A DNA stretch of 63,208 bases, counting the filler, from Octopus bimaculoides (lineage: Eukaryota), in the NCBI RefSeq assembly GCF_001194135.2. It is 6 parts of 5 records of this genome, joined end to end, with 100 filler letters (N's around TTAATTAATTAA, not from the genome) between each part and the next. Parts side by side here need not be neighbours in the genome. Positions count along the whole stretch, not along the records: positions 1 to 5,633 come from NC_069001.1; positions 5,734 to 10,860 come from NC_068990.1; positions 10,961 to 31,717 come from NC_068998.1; 3 more parts are not named here. The stretch is one strand, 5' to 3'. Below are positions 1-11,558 of this stretch, one piece after another. Position 1 is the first letter of the stretch. Every line of letters starts with the position of its first letter. The position numbers were made by a program, and so were the translations under genes. The notes beneath the pieces are model-generated. The model searched no databases and was not told the DNA's origin. It worked only from the letters and a program-made list of their open reading frames with translations.

Positions 1-250
1 GTGTTAACATTTTTTTTCTTTTTCAATTTTCTTTTTGTTATTTCTGATATTATTTCGCGTGTGCGAAATTTTGAAAAAAATACATCTTGTCATATTTTTA
101 CGAAAAACTTGGTAAAAGAAACATAAATGATTATAGTCTATTTCTTTGTATTTTATTTCTATTTTTCTCTCATTTCTTCAAATCTGCAAGAGTATATGCA
201 ATAACAATAATAATGATAAAAAAATACTACTACTAATAATAATAATAATA

Positions 251-452
251 TTCCTTTCTATAGACACAATGCCTGAAATTTGTAGGGAAGGGACTAGTCG
301 AATACTTTGACCCCCAGCGTTTTACTGGTACTTAATTTATCGACTTCAAAAGGATGAAAAGTAAAGTCGACCTCGGCAGAATTTGAACCCGGAACGTAAA
401 GAGGGACGAAACGCCGCTAAGCATTTCATTCGGCGCTCTAATGATTCTGCCA
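251..452 (-). mobile_element. SINE, family 'B' in this window (AAGGCGGCGAGCTGGCAGAATCGTTAGC head)
   Basis: Reverse complement aligns by eye to the copies at 6540-6800, 41510-41935 and 44450-44910 (GAGTTCAAATTCCGCCGAGGTCGACTTT...AAGTACCAG...GGGGTCGAT); (TAA)n lies at its tail side. Confidence 0.85.
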
Positions 453-461
453 ACTAGGCAT

Positions 462-506
<45 letters not shown>

Positions 507-655
507 CAATACCAGCAGATGACAACGTTTCTGTAAAAGAAATGGAAAAACCTCCATAATACAAAGAGCTGGAAATAGAGATAACTCGAATGTGGAATCT
601 AAGAACAGAAACAATTCCTATCCTAGTGGGCGCATTAGGTATGATAAAAAAAAAT
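507..655 (+). mobile_element. Dong/R4-clade non-LTR retrotransposon, restriction-like endonuclease C-terminal fragment
   Basis: Translates SIPADDNVSVKEMEKPP*YKELEIEITRMWNLRTETIPILVGALGMIKK, matching the R4/Dong RLE pattern (D-V-x-I-P-x-D-x-N...KE.EK..KY..L..EI..MW...V.PIV.GALG). Directly preceded by (TAA)n at 464-506. Confidence 0.85.
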
Positions 656-1099
656 ATTCGAAAGGATGAAAGGCAAAGTCAATCTCGGTAGAATTTGAAC
701 TCAGAACGTCAAGACGGACGAAATGACACTAAGTATTTCATCCGGAGGGGAGGTGGAGGAGAAAGGGAGAAGAGGAAGAGGTTGGTTGTAAAGGGGAGTG
801 GAGGAGGAGATGGATAAAGGCGATGGGAGGAGGAAAACTAAATTGAGGATTGGTTGCATTGAAATTGGTGATGTTGGTGCTGATGATGAGGAAGGAGGAA
901 GAAGTGAATTTTCGGTTGAGTGTTATTCAACAAGTTTTGGAAACGGTAAGAAAGCATTGAAGATGCTTGGGTCGCTGACTGGGCTGTGGGTCTAGCCTCG
1001 CCCTTAAAACAATTGGCCACTATCCATAACTAATCCCGCTGTGGTGAGGCATTGTGTCATTGGGCAAGGCAATTTATTTCATGTTACTCTAGTCTACTA

Positions 1100-1450
1100 G
1101 GATCTGGGATGAAAGCATCAGCAGCAGTATAAAGGGTAAAGCACCTCTTCGGTCATGAATGACTATGGGATTGAACCTAGAAAGTTCTCCGCACCCCACA
1201 CCGCAGGGCATAAGTCTGGGAAAAATTGTTTAAGGAAGATCAGCTGTCGCCCATGCATACCACCCTCCTCCCCCCTCCACGTCACCGATGTTACCCAAGG
1301 AAGGGCAAAGGGGCCGATACAATTTGGCACCAATGCCGTCGCAACTCATTTCTACAGCTGAGTAAACTGGAGCAACGTGAAATAAAGTGTCTTGCTCAAG
1401 AACACGACGCGTCACCTGGCCCGGGAATCGAACTCACTACCTCATGATTG
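1100..1450 (-). mobile_element. tRNA-derived SINE, family 'C'
   Basis: Reverse complement contains a B-box-like GTTCGATTCCCGG followed by GCGTCGTGTTCTTGAGCAAGACACTTTATTTCACGTTGCTCCAG, shared with the copies at 33470-33770. Confidence 0.7.
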
Positions 1451-2693
1451 GCAGATAAATATAATATCTTAACGCTTCCACTTCACGTTCTCTGGGTAAT
1501 TTTCATTTTTACCACTGATTCAGGAAGGATAAATCATGAGTATGGTTTAGCTTCTATTTCTTGCAAAATTCTGCAACCACTTAGAAACAACTCCAGCTTT
1601 GTGGTGATCCTGGTCGCAGCTGGGGCAGTGATAGCGGTGGTAGATGTAGTGTAGGTGGTGGTGGTGCTTGTTGTGGTGGTAGTATTTGTGATGGTTGAGG
1701 TTATGGTTGTAGTGATAATGGCGGCGGCGGTGATGATGGTGGTTATAGTCGTGGTTGTAGTGGTGGTGGTGTCATAGTAGTGTATGTGGAAGCAGTGGTG
1801 GTGGTGGTAGTGCTGGCCGTTATCCTCATCGCACTTCGTGATCATAATGATGATGCTACTGATGATGATGATGATGATGATGATGATATTTTCTACGAGA
1901 GACGAACAACAATAAATAAATAAATATATATATGAATAAATAAATAAAGACGTTTTATAGAATTTGCATATGTTAAGATAATTTCTTTTTTTTTTTTTTT
2001 TTCCTTTTTTTTTCTCAGATGTGATAAACGATCTTAGGCAGCTGTTGCAATCACATATTTTATGCTTGAAATAGTTTTAAAATCTTTCATCATTCTTTGG
2101 AATTGGCCTCTTCAGATGACAGAACTGGATGCAAAGCGTTCGGATCCGGAATATACGTCTTGTAACAGATACGAAAAATTAATAACCCTAATATCGTCAA
2201 CTTGATATTTTCTCACATGATTCGACGTTGAACATAATTATACGAAAAATAGAATTTAGTATCATATACGTGTGTGTGTATGTGAATAGAAATATCTACA
2301 TATTTATACTGAAATATTCATCGTTTGAGAGTCAACCTTTTGCTTTCTCTCGTTTTGCATGTATACATATATACATATTTCGTATTTCATACCCAAGCTG
2401 TTACATGTAATATATCATGTTACGGTTATCCGTATAATTGCCTCTATCCACTTGATCTCTCTTACAGCCATTTTTTACCCTAAGGAATCGATCCCCTGTA
2501 AAGACACCGGAGTCTAAGTTTGAATCTGTGGACTATACTTATGCATATATATATATATATACATGTGTGTGTATATACACATATCCACAAATACGCGTAT
2601 ATATTTATAAATATTTACACATGAACATATCCACGTATGGATATATATATGCATGTGTGTGTGTGTGTGTATGTATATGCATAAATATATATA

Positions 2694-2950
2694 CAGGGTG
2701 GTGAAAAGTACGTAGGCGTTCAAAATTGGTAATAAAATCCGTATTCCTTCTACAAATTTATTGAAACAAATGATAACATGTTCTTTATTACAAAGGAAAA
2801 TGAAAGTAAATCTTCATATTTCAATGTAAGCACCGGTGGTGTCCCCAAGTTTCCTTAAACAATCAGGGATGGAATGAACAACCTTCTGAAGGACGTTGTC
2901 TGGGACATCATTGAGAACCTCTTGAATCCGTGTCTCCGAGTCCTCCGTAG
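2694..2950 (-). mobile_element. Tc1/mariner-superfamily DNA transposon, 3' end with terminal repeat
   Basis: TA|CAGGGTG terminus at 2692-2700. Minus strand reads TEDSETRIQEVLNDVPDNVLQKVVHSIPDCLRKLGDTTGAYIEI*, similar to the C-terminal helices of mariner-like transposases. Confidence 0.7.
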
Positions 2951-3074
2951 CTTTTCATCATTTTGAGGTCGATAAACTAAGTACCAGCCGATTACTGGGG
3001 TCGACGAAATCGAATTCCTCCCTCTCACGATATTTCAGACCTTGAGCCTTTAATAGAAAGGATCACTGATGGTT

Positions 3075-3278
3075 TGGCTGTGTTCATTACTCTTTTACTT
3101 GTTTCGGTCATTTGACTGCGGCCATGCTGGAGCACCACCTTTAGTCGAGCAAATCGACCCCATGACTTATTTTTTATAAGCCTAGTACTTATTCTATCGG
3201 TCTCTTTTTGCCAAACCGCTAAGTTACGGGGACGCAAACACAACAGCATCGGTTGTCAAGCGATGGTGGGGGGGACAA

Positions 3279-3331
<53 letters not shown>

Positions 3332-3500
3332 CATATATATATATATACGACGGCTTCTTTTCCGTTTCCGTCTACCAAATCCACTCATAAGGCTTTGGTC
3401 GGCCCGAGGCTACAGTAGAAGACACTTGCCCAAGGTGTCACGCAGTGGGACTGAGCCCGGAACCATGTGGTTGGTAAGCAAGCTACTTACCACACAGCCA
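3075..3500 (-). mobile_element. tRNA-derived SINE, family 'A', near full length, CpG-intact
   Basis: Reverse complement reads GGCTGTGTGGTAAGTAGCTTGCTTACCAACCACATGGTTCCGGGCTCAGTCCC (A/B-box-like head), an internal (TA)n(TG)n tract, and the conserved 3' half ...GGTGCTCCAGCATGGCCGCAGTCAAATGAC. Confidence 0.9.
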
Positions 3501-4499
3501 CTTCAAATAACTTCGACTACATATTTCATATTTCTAAGAGGACAGGACAGCATTTTGAGGGAGATTTAGCTACCGTTTCTTGACGGTCGAGCGACAATGT
3601 CGAGGTCCCCTCGTTAGCTCGTCATAGCGGTTGTCATTGTTGCTATTGTCAGCGACAGCATCTTTATTATTGCTGCTGCTGCTGCTGGTGTTGTTGTTAT
3701 CAATGATGGCAGTCAAGGCGCTGATTGTCGTAGACGACAATTGGAAATTGTTAGTTTTACTGTTTGATTTTGTTTTTATAATGGCGATGATGATCATGAT
3801 GGTGCTGATGACATCGACGACCATGGTAGAACACGTACTTATCGTTGTTGTTGTTGCTGCAGTTGTTATTGTTGTTGTTCATGATGATGATGTTGATGGT
3901 GATGATGATAATGATAATGAATTCGTTGACGCTGTTGATTATGATGTTATGATGTTGACGGCAATTCTTGGTAACGTGGTCGCCATTGTTATCTTAGTTG
4001 TTGATGTTGTTGTTGTTGCTACTGCTGCTTTTGTTGTTGTTGTTGTTGCCGTTGTTATTGTTGTTGTTCTTTCTTAATCCAAAGAATTACTTAACAGCTG
4101 GAATTATAAGCTGACTAACCAGAAAATGCCAAAGGTTTATATTTTCGTTTTCTTCAAATAATTACAAATCCGAAAGACAAAAAAGAACAACGTAAAACAA
4201 TGTAAAAAAAAAGAAAGAAAGAAAGAAAACAAGACAATAAAAGTTATTAAGAATACAAAAAAAAAACAAACGAAAATAAAAAACTGCTTAACAAAGATAA
4301 ATACGTAAAATGAAGAAATGGAAAGAAATATCCGTGAAACAGATACAAGAAAAAACACAGAAGAAACTTCGTAAAAAACCCTCTTTCAATGCAATAAAAA
4401 AATAGACAACTAGAAAACTAGAATACGATATCAAAATTAAATTAAAACTATCTAGAATCTAATTTCCGCCGGTTTAATGTCGCGAATATTGTCACAACT

Positions 4500-5460
4500 T
4501 TTTATTTTTCTCCCCTGTCTTTCTGTCTCACTCTCTTTTCCTTTCTCTCTCTCTTTCTCTCTCTCTCACTCTTTCTCTTTCTGTGTCTCTCTTTATCTAT
4601 CGATCTGTCTATCTCTATCTATCACTCTATCTATCTATCTATCTCTCTCATTCACTCTCATTCTCTCGTTTGCCTCTCACTCACTTTCTCCCTTTCTCTG
4701 TCTCTCTGTCTCTCCCCCCTCTCTTACTTTTTTTGTTTCTTCTTCTCTCTCCCTCTCACTTTTTCTCCTCCCCCTTCTGCTCTCTTTTTCTCCCTCATCC
4801 TCTCACTTGCTCCTTGTATTTTTCTTTGTTGCTACTCTCTCTAACGCATTCGCCTATCTTGTCCGCTATCTCCTTCCATCTCTCTCTCTCTCTCTATCAC
4901 ATACAGACACATACACGTGCGCGCACATACGCGTTCTAGTCCATCTCTTTCCTTGTCTCATCTTCCCTCTCTCCCTCCTCCTCCTCCTCCTCTCCCTAAC
5001 TCCTTACATTTTTCGATGTTAATATTCTCTCCATTCTCCAATCTCCATTACTCTCCCTCCATCTCCATCACCCTCCCTCACTCGCACACACATTCTCATT
5101 CCTATCCTTTTCTATTGTCTTCCATTGTCCTCTGCTCTACCCTCGAAAATAATTTATTTTCCTTATAACATCGATTCCGTTTTAAACATTGGGTCGCCCC
5201 CTCTCTCTCTCTTCCACATATTGTCTCAACTTTAATTTATCTGTCTATTTATCTATCCATAAATCTGATTGTCAGTCTGCCTGCCTATCTCTGCCTATAT
5301 TTCTATTATTCTATCTATCGATCTGTTTGTCTATCCGCCTGCCTATCTCTGTCTATATTTCTATTATTCTATCTATCGATCTGTTTGTCTATCCGCCTGC
5401 CTATCTGTCTATATTTCTATTATTCTATCTATCTATCTATCTATCTAGCAAGCTGTTTTC
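4500..5460. repeat. Compound pyrimidine-rich microsatellite region (CT, CTAT), including a ~59-bp local tandem duplication near 5300-5420
   Basis: Visible low-complexity sequence; the Leu/Ser-rich ORFs here are artefacts. Confidence 0.9.
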
Positions 5461-5677
5461 TTTCTATTTCTTTCTTTTTCTTCCGTCATTTTTTGAAATC
5501 AAAACAAAAGATCTTTTACTCTCAAAGATCTAACAATTATTTTGTAACATTCCAATTATCAATTTTCAGTTAATCTCAGCGAATATAAGCAGCCTTACGT
5601 ACATAGACATATCAATGCAAACATAAACACACANNNNNNNNNNNNNNNNNNNNNNNNNNNNNNNNNNNNNNNNNNNN

Positions 5678-5689
5678 TTAATTAATTAA
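5678..5689. other. Assembly linker TTAATTAATTAA inside an N gap (also at 10905-10916, 31762-31773, 40583-40594, 57637-57648)
   Basis: Identical 12-mer with stops in all six frames, flanked on both sides by about 44 N at all five sites. This is a scaffolding artefact. Confidence 0.95.
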
Positions 5690-5732
5690 NNNNNNNNNNN
5701 NNNNNNNNNNNNNNNNNNNNNNNNNNNNNNNN

Positions 5733-5787
5733 NTTTAGAGAAACGTTGTCATCTGCTGGTATTGATACATCAATTAGAAAGCATTTA
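5733..5787 (-). mobile_element. Second Dong/R4 RLE fragment
   Basis: Minus strand reads KCFLIDVSIPADDNVSL, nearly identical at DNA level to 507-535. Preceded on its own strand by a long (TAA)n (5787-5855) and cut by an N gap. Confidence 0.8.
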
Positions 5788-5802
5788 TTATTATTATTAT
5801 TA

Positions 5803-5855
<53 letters not shown>

Positions 5856-6330
5856 GAGTGAGAGAGCAGCGCATGCCATCAAGGTGGCACTAAGGTACAA
5901 ATATACAAAGCCCAGTATACCCGTCATGACTACCCGTCTGATAAGGGTACACCAGGCACAAGCATCACAACCATAAAAGCGCGATATGGTGATTTCATAT
6001 CAAGATAAACAGTGTATGACCTTGCAGGTGGGGCCCAGTTAGAATTTTCTTTGGGTTGAGTAGCCCATCCCGCCCAAAAGGTCCCTGAATAAGGGCTGTT
6101 TAAAGATGATGAACAAAACACCCAGGTTTCAAGAGGTGAATTATCCAAACCCCAAAGAATTCCTCTCAACACATGGCTATGATGCGCCCCCACTACTTCT
6201 GCTCATGATCAGAGATGCACATATCGTCAGCTACCAAGGGACATGCTCAACTGGTTAAGGTCAAACAACTGACAAGCAAATCTATGGTATTGAGCAGAAA
6301 ATTTGCTGTAGCCCATCTTTTATACCAAGA
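5856..6330 (-). mobile_element. Unclassified retroposed interspersed repeat ending in an (AAT)n tail
   Basis: GC-moderate block whose minus strand ends ...GCTCTCTCACTCAATAATAAT; no protein motif recognised. Confidence 0.55.
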
Positions 6331-6429
6331 CAAACCAATGTACATGATAACACTTCCAATCAATTAAGATCAGAAGCCATGAGAGCCACTGCCTGGTACT
6401 CATGGCATCATCATCATCATCATCATCAG

Positions 6430-6538
<109 letters not shown>

Positions 6539-6539
6539 G

Positions 6540-6800
6540 TGAAGGCAGCGAGTTGGCAGAATCGTTAGCACACTGGACGAAATGCTTGGCGGTATTTCAC
6601 CTGTCGCTACGTTCTGAGTTCAAATTCCTCCGAGGTCGACTTTGCCTTTCATCTTTTCGGGGTCGATAAATTAAGTACCACTGAAACACTGGGGTCGATG
6701 TAATCGACTAGCCCCCTCCTCACAAGTTTGAGGCTTTGTGTCGATGTAATCCACTACCCACTCTCCACAAATTCCAGGCCTTGTGCCTCCAGTAGAATGC
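6540..6800 (+). mobile_element. SINE, family 'B'
   Basis: GAAGGCAGCGAGTTGGCAGAATCGTTAGCAC...GAGTTCAAATTCCTCCGAGGTCGACTTTGCC...; follows (TTA)n at 6430-6538. Confidence 0.85.
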
Positions 6801-6853
6801 GAATGTATTTTCCTATTTCTTTTTTTCCCGTTCTTTTACCGCTACATTCATAG

Positions 6854-6936
6854 CAGCAGACACAGTCACGTCTATGATGAAGAACTCTTCTGATACCCAA
6901 TCCAAAATGATAAAATCTGGTCGCTTGAATCTAGTG
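6854..6936 (+). CDS. Candidate internal exon of a kinesin-like motor domain (segment preceding DLAGSE); could be a pseudo-exon
   Basis: Polypyrimidine tract, TAG/CAG/CAG acceptor, open frame (x)ADTVTSMMKNSSDTQSKMIKSGRLNLV, then a GTCAGT donor. Ungapped match to the recalled kinesin-5 segment [25 protein letters not shown] (about 10 identities). No partner DLAGSE or SSRSH exon was found in the window. Confidence 0.4.
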
Positions 6937-7220
6937 GTCAGTCTGTATAGTAAAGTCCCGTAAGATCTTATATTTTATCATTCCCTGTCTCACTCACCAC
7001 TTGGTGTTTATACTATTGTCTGCTTACTTCAAACACCCTTTTCCGCAATATATCCCCAGTGTAATGCTTTCGCTACACAATCGTGTCTATGTTTATATTC
7101 TTTCTGTGCTAAAGTACGACCAGAACTTTCTCTGTGTGCAACGGACATCTTTTTCGTTACAATTTTTGCGCTTAGCGCTTTTCACATTCGTGTCTATTCT
7201 TGCTTTAATAACATTCGGTC

Positions 7221-7266
<46 letters not shown>

Positions 7267-7512
7267 GTTATTTGTTATTTATATTGTTGTTATTGCTGTT
7301 GTTGTTGTTTTACGATAGTACTGTAAATTGTTTTGTTTGTTGAGTGTTGCTGTATTTAAGTCAACATTCGACTCACTCTGAAGTGGAATGTAATTCAATA
7401 TTGACAAATGAAGTTAAGGATGTCACAAAACAAACTTCTATCATGCCCAGGGTTATAATGCTGTGGCAGTGCCGTCACTATTGAGAGCGTTTTATCATTA
7501 ATGGCAACGGTA

Positions 7513-7574
7513 GCAACTTATATAATATCCAGTGTTATAATGCAACTTATATAATATCCAGTGTTATAATGCAA
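7513..7574. repeat. Perfect 29-bp tandem duplication
   Basis: GCAACTTATATAATATCCAGTGTTATAAT twice (7513-7541, 7542-7570), followed by GCAA. Confidence 0.95.
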
Positions 7575-9064
7575 TACCTGCTAAGTTATAAAAACATTAG
7601 TTTCATTTAGAGCTAGAAATGTCCTATTAGAAAGTAATGACAAAAGACGATCATTGCAAAATAACTGATGTTTTCCTTTCTCCCCCAGAATTATTAAAGA
7701 TTGTTCATTTTTAATTACATTTATGAAAGAGAAAATACCTGTACTTAAGAAGAAATCGAAATTATTTCTTTATTCAGGTAAACTTTCACATGAATCGTTA
7801 GCAGTTGAGTAAATGTATCTTTCAGACAAAATATCTGCAAGATAGCAGATATACAGTTGAAGGAACAAAATCAAGTTTCATTGGTTCAGTTAAGTAGGAT
7901 TAGCCAATAGACTATTGTTTTATTCGTAACATTCGGCACAGAGTTGGAACTTTAATCTAAGCTCAATGTGAGGTGTTATATAATATTTTAGCGACTTTTC
8001 GCTAATCTGCAGGAATAAGTGGCGGAGATAAGAGTCTTCATTGTCATTTGCTATTTAAGTCGGTCACGTGCCGTTTAATTTTCTTTTTCAAACAATGGTT
8101 TAACAACTGTTGTTAGGGTTCCTCTTCCACCTTTATTAAGAAACTTGAGAGGCTAGGGCAAATTTTGCGCCTGAAGCAAACGGCTTCTCTTTCTCCCTTT
8201 CTTTCTGCCCCCCCCCCCGCCTCCCGCCTCAACACAACTCATAACCAATTTCAGGATAGTTTCCTTCACACCTTACCAACACTTTACTGAATATCGTAAT
8301 CTAAAACAAAACTTCTTTCATCTTCTTTTACTTGTTTCAGTCATTGGATTGCGGCCATGCTGTAGCACCGCCTTGAATGGTTTTAGTCGAAAACATCGAC
8401 ACCAGTACTCCTTTTTTATGTCTGGTATTTACTCTATCGGTGTCTATTGCTGAACCGCTACGTTACGGGGATGTAAACAAACCAACGCTGGTTGTCAAGT
8501 GGTGTAGAGACACATAGATCCACAAATACATACATACATACATACATACACACACACATACACACACGCATTCATATCTCTCCAATGATGGAATAGATAG
8601 CTTTAGGCAACGATTCAATCTGAGTACCAATTGCTTGTACCTATTACCTTACGTCACCAGACGTAACCTTACCTGAATTATATATATATANNNNNNNNNN
8701 NNNNNNNNNNNNNNNNNNNNNNNNNNNNNNNNNNNNNNNNNNNNNNNNNNNNNNNNNNNNNNNNNNNNNNNNNNNNNNNNNNNNNNNNNNNNNNNNNNNN
8801 NNNNNNNNNNNNNNNNNNNNNNNNNNNNNNNNNNNAAGATGAAATACGTAAACAACGAGAGAAAAAATGGAAAACAGGACACAAAGAGAGGACCCTTCAT
8901 CAGTTGTCGGCTGTCTATCGACTCCTCATTTCGAGCATTTAGCGACAATATGAGTCTTCAAAGACAATTACTACCGTAAATTTTTAAATAAAATTTAGGA
9001 TTCATGGAGGGTCAAAGTTGGGAATATATACACATACAGTCTATAAATAGATATAAATGTGTGT

Positions 9065-9232
9065 GTATGTTTATATATACAGCTCTTGGTGGTCCAAATC
9101 GGATATGCAATCTACGTGGGTGTCTTTTCAAAACAGTGTCTGGTATTAAAAGCCACAGCAGATGCCATGATGGATCTGAGGTGTAGGTACAGGAGGTTGT
9201 CAAACTTTGCATAAAGAGTAGACAACCACCAT
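9065..9232 (+). mobile_element. 5'-truncated 3' end of the same RTE LINE family as 59190-60290
   Basis: DNA aligns to 60135-60290; encodes a decayed C2H2 finger ICNLRGCLFKTVSGIKSHSRCH and ends at GAGTAGACAACCACC. Confidence 0.85.
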
Positions 9233-9282
9233 ATATATATTCATTTTTGTTCTGTAAATAATAATTTTTTTTATAAGTTGCA

Positions 9283-9615
9283 AGCTTATAAGCGATCAGT
9301 GTATTGACTAAAGAAAACAGTCTAATATTAGAGCATATAAACCCTCGAAGGGAAAAAGAGGGTTTTCTGTACGCGTGACACTCGAACCCACACCTCTATG
9401 TTTTCACAGCAAGTGTGCTACCATTTACACCCACATACTCGCCTAATCCTTCCCGTCAGATTAAGAACAATAATTTCATAGAGTTGTTTATTTTTATAAG
9501 AGGTGTGGGTTCGATTCCCGCGCGTACGGAAAACCCACTTTTTCCCGTCGAGGGTTTATATCGCCCAATATTAGACTATTTTCTTTAGTCAATACACGGT
9601 GATCGCTTTTAAGCT
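9283..9615. repeat. Fold-back element with ~115-bp inverted arms containing a tRNA-like head
   Basis: Arm 9283-9397 is the reverse complement of 9499-9615 with scattered mismatches. Minus strand 9443-9369 has a D-arm (GTGT AAATGGTA GCAC) and a T-loop GGTTCGAGT; the + arm has a T-arm GTGGG TTCGATT CCCGC. Confidence 0.8.
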
Positions 9616-9949
9616 GTAAGCTTACGAGAAATTCGAAGGATTACTTTGGGTTTGATGGGAAAACGTTTGTTATGTCAACAGGAGATGTGGGTTGGTGTCC
9701 CACGGGGAGCCTTCAACTTTCAAAAGAGTTTTTCAACCCAATATTTTGATGCTTCGAGATATCCACTATTCTAAAAGACGTGCACCTATGTATGTATATA
9801 CGTAATATATGTATGTGTGTGTATGTATTTATGTGTATGCATGTGTATGTGTATGTATGCGTATGTATGTATGTGTATGTATGTGTGTATGTATATACGT
9901 ATGTGTAATAAATTACATTCGGGTATACATTTTATAGTATGCCGTGGAG

Positions 9950-10062
9950 CTTTAGGTGTTTTCGCTCAATAAACACTCACAATGCTCGGTCTGGGAATCG
10001 AAACCGCGATCCTACGACCGCGAGTCTGCTGCCCTAACCACTGGGCCATTGGGCCTCCACAC
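9950..10062 (-). mobile_element. tRNA-derived SINE head
   Basis: Reverse complement GGAGGCCCAATGGCCCAGTGGTTAGGGCAGCAGACTCGCGGTCGTAGGATCGCGGTTTCGATTCCCAG has A-box and B-box. Confidence 0.8.
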
Positions 10063-10355
10063 ACACCCATATATCCGTTTATCATTATGTCTGTGTTTGT
10101 TCCCCGCTACCGCATGACAACCGGTATGAATGCATTTACATCCCCGTAACTTAGCGGTTCGGCAAAAGAAACCAATAAAATAAGTACTACGCATTAACAA
10201 ATTCATTCGATTAAAATTTCTTTAAGGCAGTGCCCCAGGGTGGCCGCAGTTTAATGACTGAAACAAATAAAAGATATATGTATATGCAGACATACATGTA
10301 TGTATGTATGTATGTATGTATGTATGTATGTATGTATGTATATATGCATACATGC

Positions 10356-10432
<77 letters not shown>

Positions 10433-10462
10433 TGTATGTATATATGCATACATGCATGTATG

Positions 10463-10524
<62 letters not shown>

Positions 10525-10810
10525 TGTATGAACAACGATGGAGTGAGAGCTGTCTGTTTACAGAATCAGGTTGATAGTCGAGAAGTATTTAACAGGAATC
10601 TAAAATGTTTAGAATCGTCAAATGTTGGAAGTTGTTAACATCGGTCGGCAAAATCCAAACAAACCCTTCCGCCCCCTACCTCCTCCTCCCGCCATAACAC
10701 TGATTAGTTTCTTTGTTTTTATGTTTGCGTTGATGTGTGAAGAGGTCGGGGAGGTCGGAGAGGCCGTATTGTGTGTGTATGTGTGAATCAGTGACAGAGA
10801 ATTAGATAGG

Positions 10811-10843
<33 letters not shown>

Positions 10844-11061
10844 ACAGAGAGAGAGAGAGANNNNNNNNNNNNNNNNNNNNNNNNNNNNNNNNNNNNNNNN
10901 NNNNTTAATTAATTAANNNNNNNNNNNNNNNNNNNNNNNNNNNNNNNNNNNNNNNNNNNNAAAGACTGCTTTAAGATACATGGGGTATTTTATAAAAATG
11001 CCTGTTCAAGTATCATAATAGCATGAAACTATTAGTAGCTCTTTCGGTTGTGTATTTAATT

Positions 11062-11118
<57 letters not shown>

Positions 11119-11144
11119 TAGATAGATAGATAGATAAATATATT

Positions 11145-11519
11145 CTTTTATTCTTTTACTTTTTTTAGTCATTTGACTGTGGCCATGCTGGATCATCGCC
11201 TTTAGTTGAACAAATTGATTCCAGGACTTATTCTTTGTAAGCCTAGTACTTATTCTATTGGGATCTTTTGCCAAACGGCTAAGCAACAGGGATGTAAGCA
11301 CACCAACATCGGTGTCAAGCGATGGTGGGGGGACAAACAAAGACACTCAAATCCATACATATGTTTATACGACAGGCTTCCTTCAGTTTCCATCTACCAA
11401 ATTCACTCACAAGGCTTTGGTTGGCTGAGAAAACACTTGCCTAAGGTGTCATGCAGTGGGACTGAACCTGGAACCATGTGGTTGAGAAGCAATCTTCTTA
11501 CCACACAGCTATTCCTGCA

Positions 11520-11520
<1 letters not shown>
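11145..11520 (-). mobile_element. tRNA-derived SINE, family 'A'
   Basis: Aligns to 3075-3500 with some CpG loss. Confidence 0.85.

Positions 11521-11558
<38 letters not shown>

Noticed and set aside
1466-1500. NASTSRSL followed by a GT donor, resembling kinesin NxxSSRSH and phase-compatible with the 6854 exon
   Set aside because: In-frame stop three codons upstream of the Asn, no acceptor, and the invariant His and one Ser are missing.
2019-2215. Strong acceptors at 2018 and 2115 followed by short frames (DVINDLRQLLQSHILCLK*, MTELDAKRSDPEYTSCNRYEKLITLISST*)
   Set aside because: Frames close quickly, there is no good donor and no recognisable motif; a poly-T tract alone explains the first acceptor.
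3570-4077. 148-aa hydrophobic ORF resembling a membrane protein (similar at 32395-32874 and 32861-33295)
   Set aside because: Degenerate (GTT/GAT/ATT)n triplet microsatellite, common throughout this window.
5678-5689. Recurrent palindromic TTAATTAATTAA, which could look like a repeated regulatory or piggyBac TTAA site
   Set aside because: Always centred in about 100 bp of N, so it is an assembly spacer.
6874-6893. C box ATGATGA and D box CTGA of a snoRNA
   Set aside because: Only 9 nt apart with no terminal stem; too short for a C/D snoRNA.
8850-8990. Minus-strand CTGATGAAGGG preceded by a TTGTCG/CGACAA stem, hammerhead-like
   Set aside because: No GAAA in a position compatible with type I, II or III topology, and stem II cannot close.
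9369-9443. Functional tRNA-His(GTG) gene
   Set aside because: The anticodon stem does not pair and the T-stem is imperfect on that arm; it is embedded in a fold-back repeat, so it is treated as tRNA-derived.
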